52,694 nt of DNA from assembly GCA_045546815.1 (NCBI GenBank), contig JAZQDN010000089.1, positions 1 to 52,694 of the forward strand. Direction: 5' to 3'. The position numbers and the translations under genes are program-made. This document shows, piece by piece, positions 17,790 to 27,000 of the stretch. Every line of letters starts with the position of its first letter. Positions within the stretch are counted from its first letter, which is position 1. The stretch comes from Eubacteriales bacterium. Its GTDB lineage: Bacteria > Bacillota > Clostridia > Oscillospirales > QAKW01. The notes beneath the pieces are model-generated. The model was not told the DNA's origin and made no database searches. It was given only the letters and a program-made list of their open reading frames with translations.

Positions 17790-19142
17790 TTATTTTCCTA
17801 CACAGAATTTTGAAAAAATATCGTCTATTATTTTATCTGACACACCCGCACCCGTAATAAGACCGATTTCGGATGCCGCGTCGGTTATATCAACGCTCGC
17901 AAGGTCGGGTGTAAAGCCGCCCGACAGCGATGAGATTGCGTTTTCAACGCGCTCACGCGCCTTTACGACGCGCTGATAGTGGCGCACGTTTGTCAGCATC
18001 AGCCCGTTTTCGATATCGGCGGACGAGTAGCGCTCGTTTACGATTTTTGCTATGCTTTCGATACCGTCGTTGTTTTTTGCCGATATCTCGACAACGTATT
18101 CAAAGGCAGCGCAAACGTGAGCTTTATCAAGCCTTATTTCAAGGTCGCTCTTGTTTATTACCGCGATTGCGTTTTTGCCGCGGCAAAGGTCGATTATATC
18201 CATATCGTCCTGCGAAAGCGCGCGTGCGCCGTCAAACACGGCAAACACAAGCTCCGCGCTTTGCAGCTCGCGCTTGGCGATGTCGATACCGATTTTTTCG
18301 ATGTCTCCCCCCGCCTCGCGAATACCCGCGGTGTCACAGAGGTTGAGCGTGATATCGCCCATTTTTGCGCGCTCGGACACCATATCGCGAGTCGTACCCG
18401 CCGTGTCCGACACGATTGCACGCTCGTAGCCGAGGATTGCGTTAAGCAGAGTGCTTTTACCGACGTTGGGGGTGCCGACGATAACGGTATCGACGCCCTC
18501 GGTCACGGCAGAGCCGATATTAAAGCTGTTTTCGAGCAAAATCAGTTTTTTGTTTATGTCATAGAGGGTGGCAAGGACGCTGTCCGCGTCGACGTCGTCC
18601 ACCTCGTCGGGAAAGTCGATATACGCGAGGATATCGGTATTTACCGACACCAGCGCGTCGAAAATGTCGTTAAATTCGCCCGACAGCCTGCCCGACATAC
18701 GCGACAGCGCAAGGCTTGCGCCGAGTGCCGACGACGAGTGAATGAGGTCGCCCACCGCTTCCGCTTGCACAAGGTCGAGCTTGCCGTTTAAAAAGGCGCG
18801 CTTGGTAAATTCGCCCGCCTCCGCCTGACGCGCGCCGCTTTTTATAAGCAGCTTGAGTACGCGCTCAAGTATCGCGATACCGCCGTGGCAGTTGATTTCG
18901 ACGGTGTTTTCGCCCGTATACGAATTGGGACCGAAAAACACACAGCAAAGTGCCTCGTCAATAGGGCGGTCGCCGTCGTATATTGTGCCAAGACGCATGG
19001 CGGCGGCAGGCATCTGCGACAGCGGTTTTGTTTTCATTTTTATTATCTTTTCGCAAATTGTAAAGGCATCGTCTCCGCTCACCCTGATCACGCCGATGGC
19101 GGCGGTGGCACGCGCCGTTGCTATTGCACAAATTGTATCCAT
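17790..19142 (-). CDS. mnmE: tRNA modification GTPase MnmE
   Basis: G-domain GTPNVGKSTLLN / DTAGIRE, N-terminal THF-binding domain, C-terminal FCVGK motif. Confidence 0.93.
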   Translation of the reverse strand: MDTICAIATARATAAIGVIRVSGDDAFTICEKIIKMKTKPLSQMPAAAMRLGTIYDGDRPIDEALCCVFFGPNSYTGENTVEINCHGGIAILERVLKLLIKSGARQAEAGEFTKRAFLNGKLDLVQAEAVGDLIHSSSALGASLALSRMSGRLSGEFNDIFDALVSVNTDILAYIDFPDEVDDVDADSVLATLYDINKKLILLENSFNIGSAVTEGVDTVIVGTPNVGKSTLLNAILGYERAIVSDTAGTTRDMVSERAKMGDITLNLCDTAGIREAGGDIEKIGIDIAKRELQSAELVFAVFDGARALSQDDMDIIDLCRGKNAIAVINKSDLEIRLDKAHVCAAFEYVVEISAKNNDGIESIAKIVNERYSSADIENGLMLTNVRHYQRVVKARERVENAISSLSGGFTPDLASVDITDAASEIGLITGAGVSDKIIDDIFSKFCVGK

Positions 19143-19169
19143 ATTTATCTCCGTTAACGTATTAGTTTT

Positions 19170-19198
19170 ATTATATTAACTAAATTTGCCTTTGTCAA
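19170..19198 (-). promoter_or_regulatory. Consensus sigma-A promoter upstream of mnmE
   Basis: Minus strand: TTGACA, 17 nt, TATAAT. Confidence 0.7.
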
Positions 19199-19210
19199 TT
19201 TGAGAATATA

Positions 19211-19234
19211 AAAAGGGACGGATAAATCCGTCCC
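19211..19234 (-). terminator. Terminator of the 137-aa orphan gene
   Basis: Stem GGGACGGA/TCCGTCCC directly after the stop, with a T-run on the minus strand. Confidence 0.7.
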
Positions 19235-19648
19235 CTAATTTTGTATTATTGTTTCCAAATAGCTTTCAAACTCGGCGTAATCTTCGGCTTCTATTCTGAA
19301 GATGCACCCTAATGGCAGTTTTGAATTTGTCAAGCTGATTACAACGTCGCCGAATTCCCCGTACGACGTGAAGGATAACAGGTACCTGTCATCTGCCGTC
19401 ATATATATTTGGGGTGCCGAGTCATAATCCAAGGGATTTCTTTTAAACACTCTTTTCCATTTGGATACGTTCATATTTTCAACCAAAGCAGAGCGCTGTT
19501 CGTCGGTCAGATTTTGGTAATGGAAATCATCGAACGATACAGAGGTTAAATTTTTGATTTGATTTTTCAGGTAAAGCGGTAATGCCAGCTCAAACAATAC
19601 CACCAAAGCACATAGCGCAGATACAGCTATTATAAGAATTTTTTTCAT
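19235..19648 (-). CDS. Membrane-anchored or exported small protein, unknown function
   Basis: Start set to MKKILIIAVSALCALVVLF at 19648 (GGAGGTG upstream). 137 aa with one N-terminal TM or signal segment. Has its own promoter motif and terminator. Confidence 0.6.
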   Translation of the reverse strand: MKKILIIAVSALCALVVLFELALPLYLKNQIKNLTSVSFDDFHYQNLTDEQRSALVENMNVSKWKRVFKRNPLDYDSAPQIYMTADDRYLLSFTSYGEFGDVVISLTNSKLPLGCIFRIEAEDYAEFESYLETIIQN

Positions 19649-19680
19649 AAATAGCACCTCCGTTAAATTCTTTTCACTTA

Positions 19681-19711
19681 TATATGTAACGAGAGGGCAA
19701 AAATGTTTCAA
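19681..19711 (-). promoter_or_regulatory. Motif-type promoter (copy b): TTGAAACATTTTTG ... CATATATAAG
   Basis: Minus strand: TGAAAC (19705-19710), an 18-nt spacer, CATATA (19681-19686). Upstream of the gene starting at 19648. Confidence 0.5.
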
Positions 19712-19791
19712 TTTTTCAAAAAAATTTTTGTTTTTTTCGGTGTGTCGACAGTTTGAGATCCTTCGACTGCGCTCAGGATGGCTTTGCAAAC

Positions 19792-19813
19792 AAAAAAAGA
19801 GCCGTTTGGCTCT
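19792..19813 (-). terminator. Terminator after jag/khpB
   Basis: Stem AGAGCC/GGCTCT, 4-nt loop, T7 run on the minus strand. Confidence 0.7.
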
Positions 19814-19816
19814 TTT

Positions 19817-20623
19817 TTATTTCTGGTATGCTACTACGACCTTACGTCTGGGGTCGGTACCTACCGAGTAGGTTGTGATATGCTCGCGACCTGTGAGCGC
19901 TGCGTGGATAATTCTGCGCTCATAAGCGTCCATCGGCTCAAGAGCCTGATTGCGCTTATATTTGATAGCCTTGTCAGCTGTTTTGTTAGCAAGTGCCTCA
20001 AGTGCGATTGCGCGCTTTTCGCGGTAGTTTTCGCTGTCAAGAACAACCTTGATCTTTTTGTCCTTGCCACGATTTACAACAAGGCTTGTAAGGTACTGTG
20101 CAGCGTCGAGTGTCTCACCGCGTCTGCCGATGAGCACGCCCATTTTTGAGCCTGCAACGTCAGCAAAATAGTTGCCGCTTTCGTCAAGGCTTACTGTAAC
20201 CTTGCCGTCTTCAATTTCAAGCTCTGCGAGAAGACCGAGCAAAAACTTTTCAATAGCAGCAGCGTTTTCATCACCGTCTTGTACGGGTGTGAGCACACGC
20301 TTTGTAACAACGGGCTGTGCGGGCTTTGCTTCTTTAGCCGGCTTTTCGCTCTTTTGCTTTTTAGAAATTTTTTCAGGTGCAAAGCCTTCGGGAAGCTTAA
20401 CCTCTTTAGCAGGCTTCTTTTCTGCTTTTTTTACGGGTGCATCGGGGACTTCTTTTTCGATTTTGATTTTTGCGGGGGTAGCGCCAATGCCGAAAATACC
20501 GCGACTTGCTGTCTGCACTACCTCATAGCAAAGCATATCCTTGTCCTCACCCATAGCCTCTGCGGCCTTTTCGAGCGCAAGATCGATCGTCTTGCCCTCA
20601 AAGAACAATTCTTCGATTGCCAT
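19817..20623 (-). CDS. khpB: Jag/KhpB RNA-binding protein (Jag_N, KH, R3H)
   Basis: Jag_N start MAIEELFFEGKTIDLALEKA, a Lys/Pro/Glu-rich linker, and a C-terminal R3H domain (ERRIIHAAL). Located downstream of yidC. Confidence 0.85.
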   Translation of the reverse strand: MAIEELFFEGKTIDLALEKAAEAMGEDKDMLCYEVVQTASRGIFGIGATPAKIKIEKEVPDAPVKKAEKKPAKEVKLPEGFAPEKISKKQKSEKPAKEAKPAQPVVTKRVLTPVQDGDENAAAIEKFLLGLLAELEIEDGKVTVSLDESGNYFADVAGSKMGVLIGRRGETLDAAQYLTSLVVNRGKDKKIKVVLDSENYREKRAIALEALANKTADKAIKYKRNQALEPMDAYERRIIHAALTGREHITTYSVGTDPRRKVVVAYQK

Positions 20624-20628
20624 TTTGT

Positions 20629-21633
20629 TTAATTCTCCTTTTCAGTATCAATAACACCGTCGTCTTTAACCTCGGTGTACTGTGCGTTCATAGCGCGCTT
20701 TTTCTTGGAGTTTTTGTTGTTACCAAGAGCACGACGCTCGGCAGCCTGGCGGCGTTTTTCCTTGTCCGCCTCTTTTTCACGAGCGATTTTTTCCTCAACC
20801 TCTGCCAACACTTTTTTGGGGTCATAGATCTTGTGTAAAAGGAAGGTCTGACCGATTGCAACGATGTTTGAAGCGATCCAGTAAAGACCGAGACCCGATG
20901 CGTATGTGAACGAAATGAACACAGAAATGAGCGGCATTGCAATGTTCATCATTTTCATCGAGCCTGCAGTCTGCGGGTCACCTGACATATTGGGGTTGAG
21001 CTTTTGTGAAATATAGCTTGTAAGATACGATGTTAAACCTGCAATAATAGGTATTAAAATGAGCCAGTAGCTGCCCTCTCTTATCGCATCCCACGGAATT
21101 TTTGTAAGGTCAAAAACACCCAAAAACTTTGAGTTTATTTCAATAAGGCCTTCTTCTGAAAGGCAGGAAAAGAGCTGAAGCTCATACTTTGTAAAGTTTT
21201 CGGTGGTAGCACCCTTGAAAAGATCGGGGAACTTTGCAATGTACGGCTGCATTGCAGGCCACATCTCTTTGAGCGACATGCCCGCAATGTATGTGAGCGG
21301 ACGGCGCACGATGGTATAGATAAGCATAATAACAGGGAGCTGAATAAAGGTGGGAAGACAGCTCGACATCGGGCTGTAGCCCTCGCGCTGATAGAGATTC
21401 ATAAGCTCTTCCTGATACTTTTGCTTGTTATTGCCGTATTTTTTCATAAGCATCTCTTGATAGGGACGCAGTCTGAGCATTGCAAGCTGACCCTTTTGCT
21501 GCTTCATTGACAGCGGGAAAAGGATTATTCTCGTGATTATCGCATACAAAAACAGAGCGATACCGTAGCTGTTAAAAAGCTCGTAGCAAACCTGCATAAT
21601 TTTTCCAAACGGAACCATGATAATATTCCACAT
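20629..21633 (-). CDS. yidC: Membrane protein insertase YidC
   Basis: Start set to MWNIIMVPFGK at 21633 (AAGGAGAAG upstream). 60-kDa-IMP-like TM core and a basic C-terminal tail. Confidence 0.85.
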   Translation of the reverse strand: MWNIIMVPFGKIMQVCYELFNSYGIALFLYAIITRIILFPLSMKQQKGQLAMLRLRPYQEMLMKKYGNNKQKYQEELMNLYQREGYSPMSSCLPTFIQLPVIMLIYTIVRRPLTYIAGMSLKEMWPAMQPYIAKFPDLFKGATTENFTKYELQLFSCLSEEGLIEINSKFLGVFDLTKIPWDAIREGSYWLILIPIIAGLTSYLTSYISQKLNPNMSGDPQTAGSMKMMNIAMPLISVFISFTYASGLGLYWIASNIVAIGQTFLLHKIYDPKKVLAEVEEKIAREKEADKEKRRQAAERRALGNNKNSKKKRAMNAQYTEVKDDGVIDTEKEN

Positions 21634-21637
21634 ATTA

Positions 21638-21907
21638 TTACTTCTCCTTACGTTTTTTAAAAAGCTGCTCCGGCACGTAATCGATGCCGCCCTTTGACCA
21701 GGGGTTACAGCGAAGCAGACGCCACACCGCAAGCGCGCCGCCGACAATTATCCCGTATCGCTTTATAGCGGTGAGCGCATACTGCGAGCAGGTGGGATAG
21801 TATTTACAGCGGGCGGGAAGTCCCGGCGAGATATAGCGCTGATATATAATAATCGGAAAAACAAAAGCGTGACGAAAAGCACTAATTATCTTTTTTAAAA
21901 TACGCAT
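21638..21907 (-). CDS. yidD: Membrane protein insertion efficiency factor YidD
   Basis: [25 protein letters not shown]...[17 protein letters not shown] is the YidD signature. Confidence 0.85.
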   Translation of the reverse strand: MRILKKIISAFRHAFVFPIIIYQRYISPGLPARCKYYPTCSQYALTAIKRYGIIVGGALAVWRLLRCNPWSKGGIDYVPEQLFKKRKEK

Positions 21908-22208
21908 TCAGAACCTTTTCAACATCGGTGCTTTTTTTACCGACAAGCTGCGAGCGCGCCACAACGATGATATCGCAGTTTTGCGGTAAAACATCGCGGC
22001 ACGAATATGCCGCCGCACGAATTATGCGCCGTACACGGTTGCGCACGGGTGATGAGCCCAGCTTTTTTGACACAGTAATGCCAAGCCGCCGACGCCCCAG
22101 ATTATTTTTCCGCCAGTGCACGTTAATGAGCCCGAGCCCTGCACTTTTGCCCTTGTGGTACGCCCTGCGGAAATTCACATTTTCTTTTACGCTTTCAATT
22201 TTCTTCAT
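21882..22208 (-). CDS. rnpA: Ribonuclease P protein component
   Basis: 108 aa, basic. Motif [21 protein letters not shown]. Located downstream of rpmH. Confidence 0.85.
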   Translation of the reverse strand: MKKIESVKENVNFRRAYHKGKSAGLGLINVHWRKNNLGRRRLGITVSKKLGSSPVRNRVRRIIRAAAYSCRDVLPQNCDIIVVARSQLVGKKSTDVEKVLNAYFKKDN

Positions 22209-22235
22209 ACACTTATTTTACAGAGTAAAAACAAA

Positions 22236-22265
22236 CAAAAAGGGGTCTAAATGAATAGACCCCCC
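22236..22265 (-). terminator. Hairpin plus T-run between rpmH and rnpA (partial terminator or attenuator)
   Basis: Stem GGGGTCTA/TAGACCCC followed on the minus strand by TTTTTGTTTGTTTTT. Confidence 0.6.
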
Positions 22266-22270
22266 GTTAT

Positions 22271-22405
22271 TTAGTGAGTTAATCTTACTCTGCCCTTTGC
22301 ACGTCTTCTGGCCAAGACCTTTCTGCCGTTAGCCGTTCTCATTCTTTTTCTAAAGCCGTGTTCTTTGCTTCTTTGTCTTTTTTTAGGCTGATAAGTACGA
22401 ACCAT
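22271..22405 (-). CDS. rpmH: 50S ribosomal protein L34
   Basis: Not in the track (<60 aa). My translation is [52 protein letters not shown]. Confidence 0.9.
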   Translation of the reverse strand: MVRTYQPKKRQRSKEHGFRKRMRTANGRKVLARRRAKGRVRLTH

Positions 22406-22448
22406 TTAATTTTACCTCCTGACCTTTAATAATCATAATAGCATAAGT

Positions 22449-22477
22449 ATTATAGAGCATTCCGAACGATTTGTCAA
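22449..22477 (-). promoter_or_regulatory. Consensus sigma-A promoter upstream of rpmH
   Basis: Minus strand: TTGACA, 17 nt, TATAAT. Confidence 0.75.
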
Positions 22478-22486
22478 CAAAAATTT

Positions 22487-23890
22487 TTAAAAGTTAATTT
22501 TATCGGCAATATACTGTGTAAGATCTGCTATCGGAATACGCTCCTGCTCCATAGTATCTCTGTCGCGGACTGTCACACAGCCGTCCTCTTCACTTTCAAA
22601 ATCGTAGGTGATACAAAGCGGTGTACCGATTTCGTCCTGACGGCGATAACGTTTACCGATAGAGCCTGCGTCATCAAACTCAACAGAGAAGTTTTTAGAA
22701 AGATTTGCAAAAACCTCGCCCGCTTTATCAGAAAGCTTCTTTGAAAGCGGTAAAACTGCCGCTTTAAAGGGCGCAAGTGCGGGATGAAGATGAAGCACTA
22801 CGCGGATATCCTCTTTTGCGGGGTCTTTTGAAATATTTTCCTCGTCATAAGCCTCGCACAAGAATGCAAGAACAACGCGGTCTGCACCGAGTGAGGGCTC
22901 AATAACATACGGAACGTATTTTTCGTTTGTTTCGGGGTCAAAATATTCCATAGGCTCTTTTGAGTGCTCTGCGTGCTGGGTAAGGTCGTAGTCTGTTCTG
23001 TCAGCAACGCCCCACAGCTCGCCCCAGCCGAACGGGAATAAAAACTCAAAGTCAGTTGTCGCCTTTGAATAGAAGCACAGCTCGTCCTTGTCATGATCGC
23101 GAAGACGAAGATTTTCTGCGTTCATACCGAGTGCATACAGCCAGTCACGGCAGTAGCCGCGCCAGTAGTCAAACCACTCGAGGTCGGTACCGGGCTTGCA
23201 GAAAAACTCAAGCTCCATCTGCTCAAACTCACGTGTACGGAAGGTAAAGTTACCGGGAGTGATCTCGTTTCTGAATGATTTACCGACCTGACCTACGCCA
23301 AACGGAATCTTTTTACGTGTTGTTCGCTGAATATTTTTAAAGTTTACAAAAATACCCTGTGCAGTTTCGGGACGAAGGTAGAGTGTCGATGACGAATCCT
23401 CTGTTACGCCCTGGAAGGTTTTGAACATAAGATTGAACTTACGGATATCGGTAAAGTCCGATGAACCGCAAGAGGGGCAAACGATGCGCTTTTCCTTGAT
23501 ATAAGCAAGCATCTCATCGTCCGACCAGCCTGCAGGGTTGTCTGAAAGACCGTTCTCTGCAACGTAGTCTTCAATCAGCTTGTCTGCTCTGTGACGGGTT
23601 TTACAAACCTTACAGTCCATAAGCGGATCTGAAAAACCGCCGAGGTGACCCGAAGCCACCCATGTCTGCGGGTTCATAATGATTGCGCTGTCAAGACCGA
23701 CGTTATAGGGGCTCTCCTGCACAAACTTTTTCCACCAAGCCTTTTTAACATTGTTTTTGAGTTCAACACCAAGCGGGCCGTAGTCCCAGCTGTTTGCAAG
23801 ACCGCCGTATATTTCGCTGCCTGCGTAAACGAAGCCTCTGTTTTTACACAGTGCAACGATTTTTTCCATTGTTTTTTCTGTGTTTTTCAT
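22487..23890 (-). CDS. glyQS: Glycine--tRNA ligase (single-chain dimeric type)
   Basis: 467 aa. N-terminus [34 protein letters not shown] and class II motifs are typical of GlyQS. Confidence 0.92.
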   Translation of the reverse strand: MKNTEKTMEKIVALCKNRGFVYAGSEIYGGLANSWDYGPLGVELKNNVKKAWWKKFVQESPYNVGLDSAIIMNPQTWVASGHLGGFSDPLMDCKVCKTRHRADKLIEDYVAENGLSDNPAGWSDDEMLAYIKEKRIVCPSCGSSDFTDIRKFNLMFKTFQGVTEDSSSTLYLRPETAQGIFVNFKNIQRTTRKKIPFGVGQVGKSFRNEITPGNFTFRTREFEQMELEFFCKPGTDLEWFDYWRGYCRDWLYALGMNAENLRLRDHDKDELCFYSKATTDFEFLFPFGWGELWGVADRTDYDLTQHAEHSKEPMEYFDPETNEKYVPYVIEPSLGADRVVLAFLCEAYDEENISKDPAKEDIRVVLHLHPALAPFKAAVLPLSKKLSDKAGEVFANLSKNFSVEFDDAGSIGKRYRRQDEIGTPLCITYDFESEEDGCVTVRDRDTMEQERIPIADLTQYIADKINF

Positions 23891-23922
23891 TTTCTTCTCT
23901 CTCCGAACAAAATTATTTTATC

Positions 23923-23951
23923 ATTATATATTATAAAAGTTAATATGTCAA
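23923..23951 (-). promoter_or_regulatory. Consensus sigma-A promoter upstream of glyQS
   Basis: Minus strand: TTGACA, 17 nt, TATAAT. The -35 overlaps the last codons of the PHP gene. The leader is only about 30 nt. Confidence 0.65.
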
Positions 23952-24629
23952 TATTTGGTTGCCGTCAGTCAGCTGATAGCTTGCCGATTTCAGTATGTCA
24001 ACAAGCTGTTTGTTGTCCTTTATTTCGGTGTCTGTCAGCATTCCCGCGCCGATAAGGTAACTCGGAATATGATAATCCTGACCGCAAATTCCGATAAGTC
24101 CGAATTTTTTTGCCCACATACACGCAATATCATTGCGACTGTCGTGACCTGCGCTGAAGTTATATACCTCAATGCCGTCGAGTATTTGCGGGTCGGTTAC
24201 CGTAATACTGTTTCTGAAAGGATGCGCCTGAAACAAAAGTCCGCCCGCCTCTTGCACAAGCGGAGCAATATCCTTTATTTTTTTATCAAAAAAATTGCCG
24301 ATATCATAGTAAAACTGTTCATCAACTCCATACACAAGGTAATCGTTATTGTTTTCGTGCATACGGATTTCAGCACCGAGAAGAACGTTCATTTTACCCT
24401 TTGACGCTTCCTTTGCGGCATAGTAGTCGGAAAGATAATAATCAACGACAGCTTTCCAATCGTCAGGGTCACAAGGCAGATTCTTTTTTATAAGAACGGG
24501 ACTTAAATGGTTTGTTATAACAATAGTATCGTAGCCCTCATCAATAAAATGCTGCGCAGTCGAGACGGCATCCACCTTTGCACAGCGGCTCACGGGGCTT
24601 GTGTGTACGTGAAGTTCAGATTTAAACAT
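23940..24629 (-). CDS. PHP-domain metal-dependent phosphoesterase
   Basis: N-terminal ELHVHT motif and later H/D metal ligands (AHPF, DYH). 229 aa. Confidence 0.6.
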   Translation of the reverse strand: MFKSELHVHTSPVSRCAKVDAVSTAQHFIDEGYDTIVITNHLSPVLIKKNLPCDPDDWKAVVDYYLSDYYAAKEASKGKMNVLLGAEIRMHENNNDYLVYGVDEQFYYDIGNFFDKKIKDIAPLVQEAGGLLFQAHPFRNSITVTDPQILDGIEVYNFSAGHDSRNDIACMWAKKFGLIGICGQDYHIPSYLIGAGMLTDTEIKDNKQLVDILKSASYQLTDGNQILTY

Positions 24630-24718
24630 CGTTATACCTTCTTTTTATAAATTTAAACAATTATATATCAAATTAAAAATTATTGCAATATTAAGCGAGG
24701 GATTATATAATAATTATT

Positions 24719-25498
24719 ATGAAGAATTTTTACTTTAAAAATACAAACGGGGTCGTCACCCTTCACAGCAGCCTGCTCGATGATGCAGGCTTTGAAAAGC
24801 ATTGCTTTACGACAAAGCTCGGCGGCGTAAGCGAGGGGCACCTTGCACAGACAAACCTCTCCTTTTCGCGCGAAGAAAAAGATAAGGTGCTCGAAAACTA
24901 CCGACGCGTGACCGATGCCGTCGGCATTGATATGGGCGCTATGGCGCTCACCTGTCAGGAGCACACCGATATCGTGCGCGAAATCGGTAAAGAATATAAG
25001 GACTGCGGGTTTTACATCAGTGAAAGTGCCGTTGACGGCTATATCACAAACCAAAAAGGCATCTGCCTTTGCGTGTTTGTTGCCGATTGCGTGCCGGTGC
25101 TCATTGCCGACCCGAAAAACCGCGCGGTTGCCGCTGTGCACTCAGGCTGGCGCGGCACGGCAAAGGGGATTACAAAAAACGCTGTTAAAATGATGCAAAG
25201 CAAATACGGCTCTGACCCTGCCGACCTTGTTGCCGCCATCGGTCCGTGCATAAGCAAGTGCTGTTACGAGGTAGGGCAAGACGTGTACGAGCAATTCGGG
25301 CGTCCCGAATTTTTCACACCCCGCGGTGACAAATATATGCTCGACCTTGTCGGTGCCAACATCGCCGTTTTAAACGAGGCGGGTGTCAGACAGGTCGACG
25401 CGTGCTGTGAATGTACTTTTTGCAAGTCCGACCTCTACTATTCACACAGAGCAACAAACGGAAAGCGCGGTAATATGGCCGCAATGATTGAGATATGA
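24719..25498 (+). CDS. pgeF: Peptidoglycan editing factor PgeF / YfiH (DUF152, laccase-domain) family
   Basis: Conserved ADCVPV and HSGWRGT motifs plus a C-terminal CT.C...YYSHR motif. Confidence 0.8.
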   Translation: MKNFYFKNTNGVVTLHSSLLDDAGFEKHCFTTKLGGVSEGHLAQTNLSFSREEKDKVLENYRRVTDAVGIDMGAMALTCQEHTDIVREIGKEYKDCGFYISESAVDGYITNQKGICLCVFVADCVPVLIADPKNRAVAAVHSGWRGTAKGITKNAVKMMQSKYGSDPADLVAAIGPCISKCCYEVGQDVYEQFGRPEFFTPRGDKYMLDLVGANIAVLNEAGVRQVDACCECTFCKSDLYYSHRATNGKRGNMAAMIEI

Positions 25499-26973
25499 AA
25501 AAACTGATTATTTTATTAATTTGCATAGCGCTTATGCTGTGCGGCTGCGACACACAGCTTGGCTCGCAGAGTGTACTCGGCGCATACGGCAGCTCGGGTG
25601 AGAGCGAAAGCAGTGAAAAAAGCATAAAGCTCACAGACCTGACAATGCTCTACTACGGCGATATGGACGACAACCCCGCCACAACGAGCGCACTTGCCAA
25701 CCACGAGCTGTTAAAGTTTGTGTACAGTCCGCTCATCACGGTAAACGCGGGCTTCGAGCCTATCTGCATTCTTGCGGAAAACTGGAAGCTGGACGGCGCT
25801 GTCGCCACGGTAAAGCTGCGTTCGGATATTTACTTTTCAAACGGTGAGCAGGTCACCGCATACGACGTTGTAAAAAGCTTTAACGCGGTAAAAAACTCGC
25901 CCACCTCGCCCTATTATCAGTCGATTTTACTTATGAAGCGCTATTACGCGAGCAACTCACTCACCTTTGTGTGCGAGTTCAAAAGCGCCGATGTCGACGC
26001 GCTTGCAACGCTTGACATACCGATAATGTACAACGGTCAGGCGGGCTTTGGCTGCGGTCCGTATGTTTTTTCGGAGCAAAACGGAAAAGCGGTGCTCAAG
26101 CCAAACGAAAAATATTTTGAAACACCGTCTGTGCCGATAATCCACCTTGCCGAAACAAAAAACGACGAGTACATTGACGATCTGTTTTCGTCGGGCGCAC
26201 TCGACATTATGATTGCGTCGGCGGTCGAGGGGCAGTCGCTGACATCCCTTCGCGACTATCAGATCGTGTCGTGTCCCTCTAACCGATTTGTATATATCGG
26301 TGTAAGCTTTGCAAATGAAAAGCTTGCAAGCGTTGACGTACGCCGTGCGATATCAACAATAATCGACCGTGCAAAGCTCACCGAGCAGTCGCTCGCAGGG
26401 CTTGCGTCACCTACAAAATACCCGTTTAACCCCGAATGGTCAAAAATGAAAAACGCAGGTCTTGACAAAACCGACCCGCGTACAGACAGCGAAATTCTCG
26501 CGGCGGCGGCACTGCTTAAGGATATACCGCTCACGCTCACCGTTCCCGACAGCAGCTATAAGGCGTCGATTGCGGCAGTTGTTGCAGAGTGCTTTAAGGA
26601 CGCAGGGCTGACACTCGAAATAAAAACGCTGGATAGCGACGCATACACCGCTGCAGTAACGTCAGGACAGTTTGACCTCTACCTCGGTGAGACCGCGATA
26701 TCGCGCAATATGGACCCGACGTTTTTGTATAGTACAGGCGGCAGTCTTAACTATTCAGGATTTTCAAATGCGGAGCTTGACGCGGCATTTGACAGCTACA
26801 AACGCGGCGACAGCACACTTTTACAATACTGCAGCGAGTTTGACAAGCAGCTGCCGATAATACCCGTAATGTTTTCAAAAAACGTGCTGTACTGCGCGCA
26901 GGGAATTGCAGGCTTTGCAGAGCGCTCCGCCTTTAACATATACGGTAACGGCGCTAGAATAAAACTGAAATAA
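25495..26973 (+). CDS. ABC-type substrate-binding lipoprotein, family 5 (peptide/nickel type), orphan
   Basis: Lipobox LMLCGCD. Family-5 SBP-like core (YFSNGEQVTAYDVVKSFN). Start overlaps the pgeF stop (ATGA). No permease or ATPase genes nearby. Confidence 0.7.
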   Translation: MKKLIILLICIALMLCGCDTQLGSQSVLGAYGSSGESESSEKSIKLTDLTMLYYGDMDDNPATTSALANHELLKFVYSPLITVNAGFEPICILAENWKLDGAVATVKLRSDIYFSNGEQVTAYDVVKSFNAVKNSPTSPYYQSILLMKRYYASNSLTFVCEFKSADVDALATLDIPIMYNGQAGFGCGPYVFSEQNGKAVLKPNEKYFETPSVPIIHLAETKNDEYIDDLFSSGALDIMIASAVEGQSLTSLRDYQIVSCPSNRFVYIGVSFANEKLASVDVRRAISTIIDRAKLTEQSLAGLASPTKYPFNPEWSKMKNAGLDKTDPRTDSEILAAAALLKDIPLTLTVPDSSYKASIAAVVAECFKDAGLTLEIKTLDSDAYTAAVTSGQFDLYLGETAISRNMDPTFLYSTGGSLNYSGFSNAELDAAFDSYKRGDSTLLQYCSEFDKQLPIIPVMFSKNVLYCAQGIAGFAERSAFNIYGNGARIKLK

Positions 26974-27000
26974 GGTGGAATTTCTTCCACCTTATTTTTT
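26972..27000. terminator. Bidirectional hairpin between the convergent SBP and heparinase-like genes
   Basis: 9-bp stem AAGGTGGAA/TTCCACCTT spans both stop codons. The T-run that follows on the plus strand is the complement of the poly-Lys codons. Confidence 0.7.

Noticed and set aside
19755-19782. GAGATCCTTCGACTGCGCTCAGGATGG, upstream of the orphan gene. It resembles fragments of dispersed Clostridial repeats that give 'HSERSEESR'-like junk ORFs. A possible degenerate copy of the palindrome unit lies at 50309-50345 (GAGCCTTTCCTTGTCAAGAGAGGTAGTG).
   Set aside because: The matches are too short and degenerate to call from one window. Genome-wide repeat analysis is needed.
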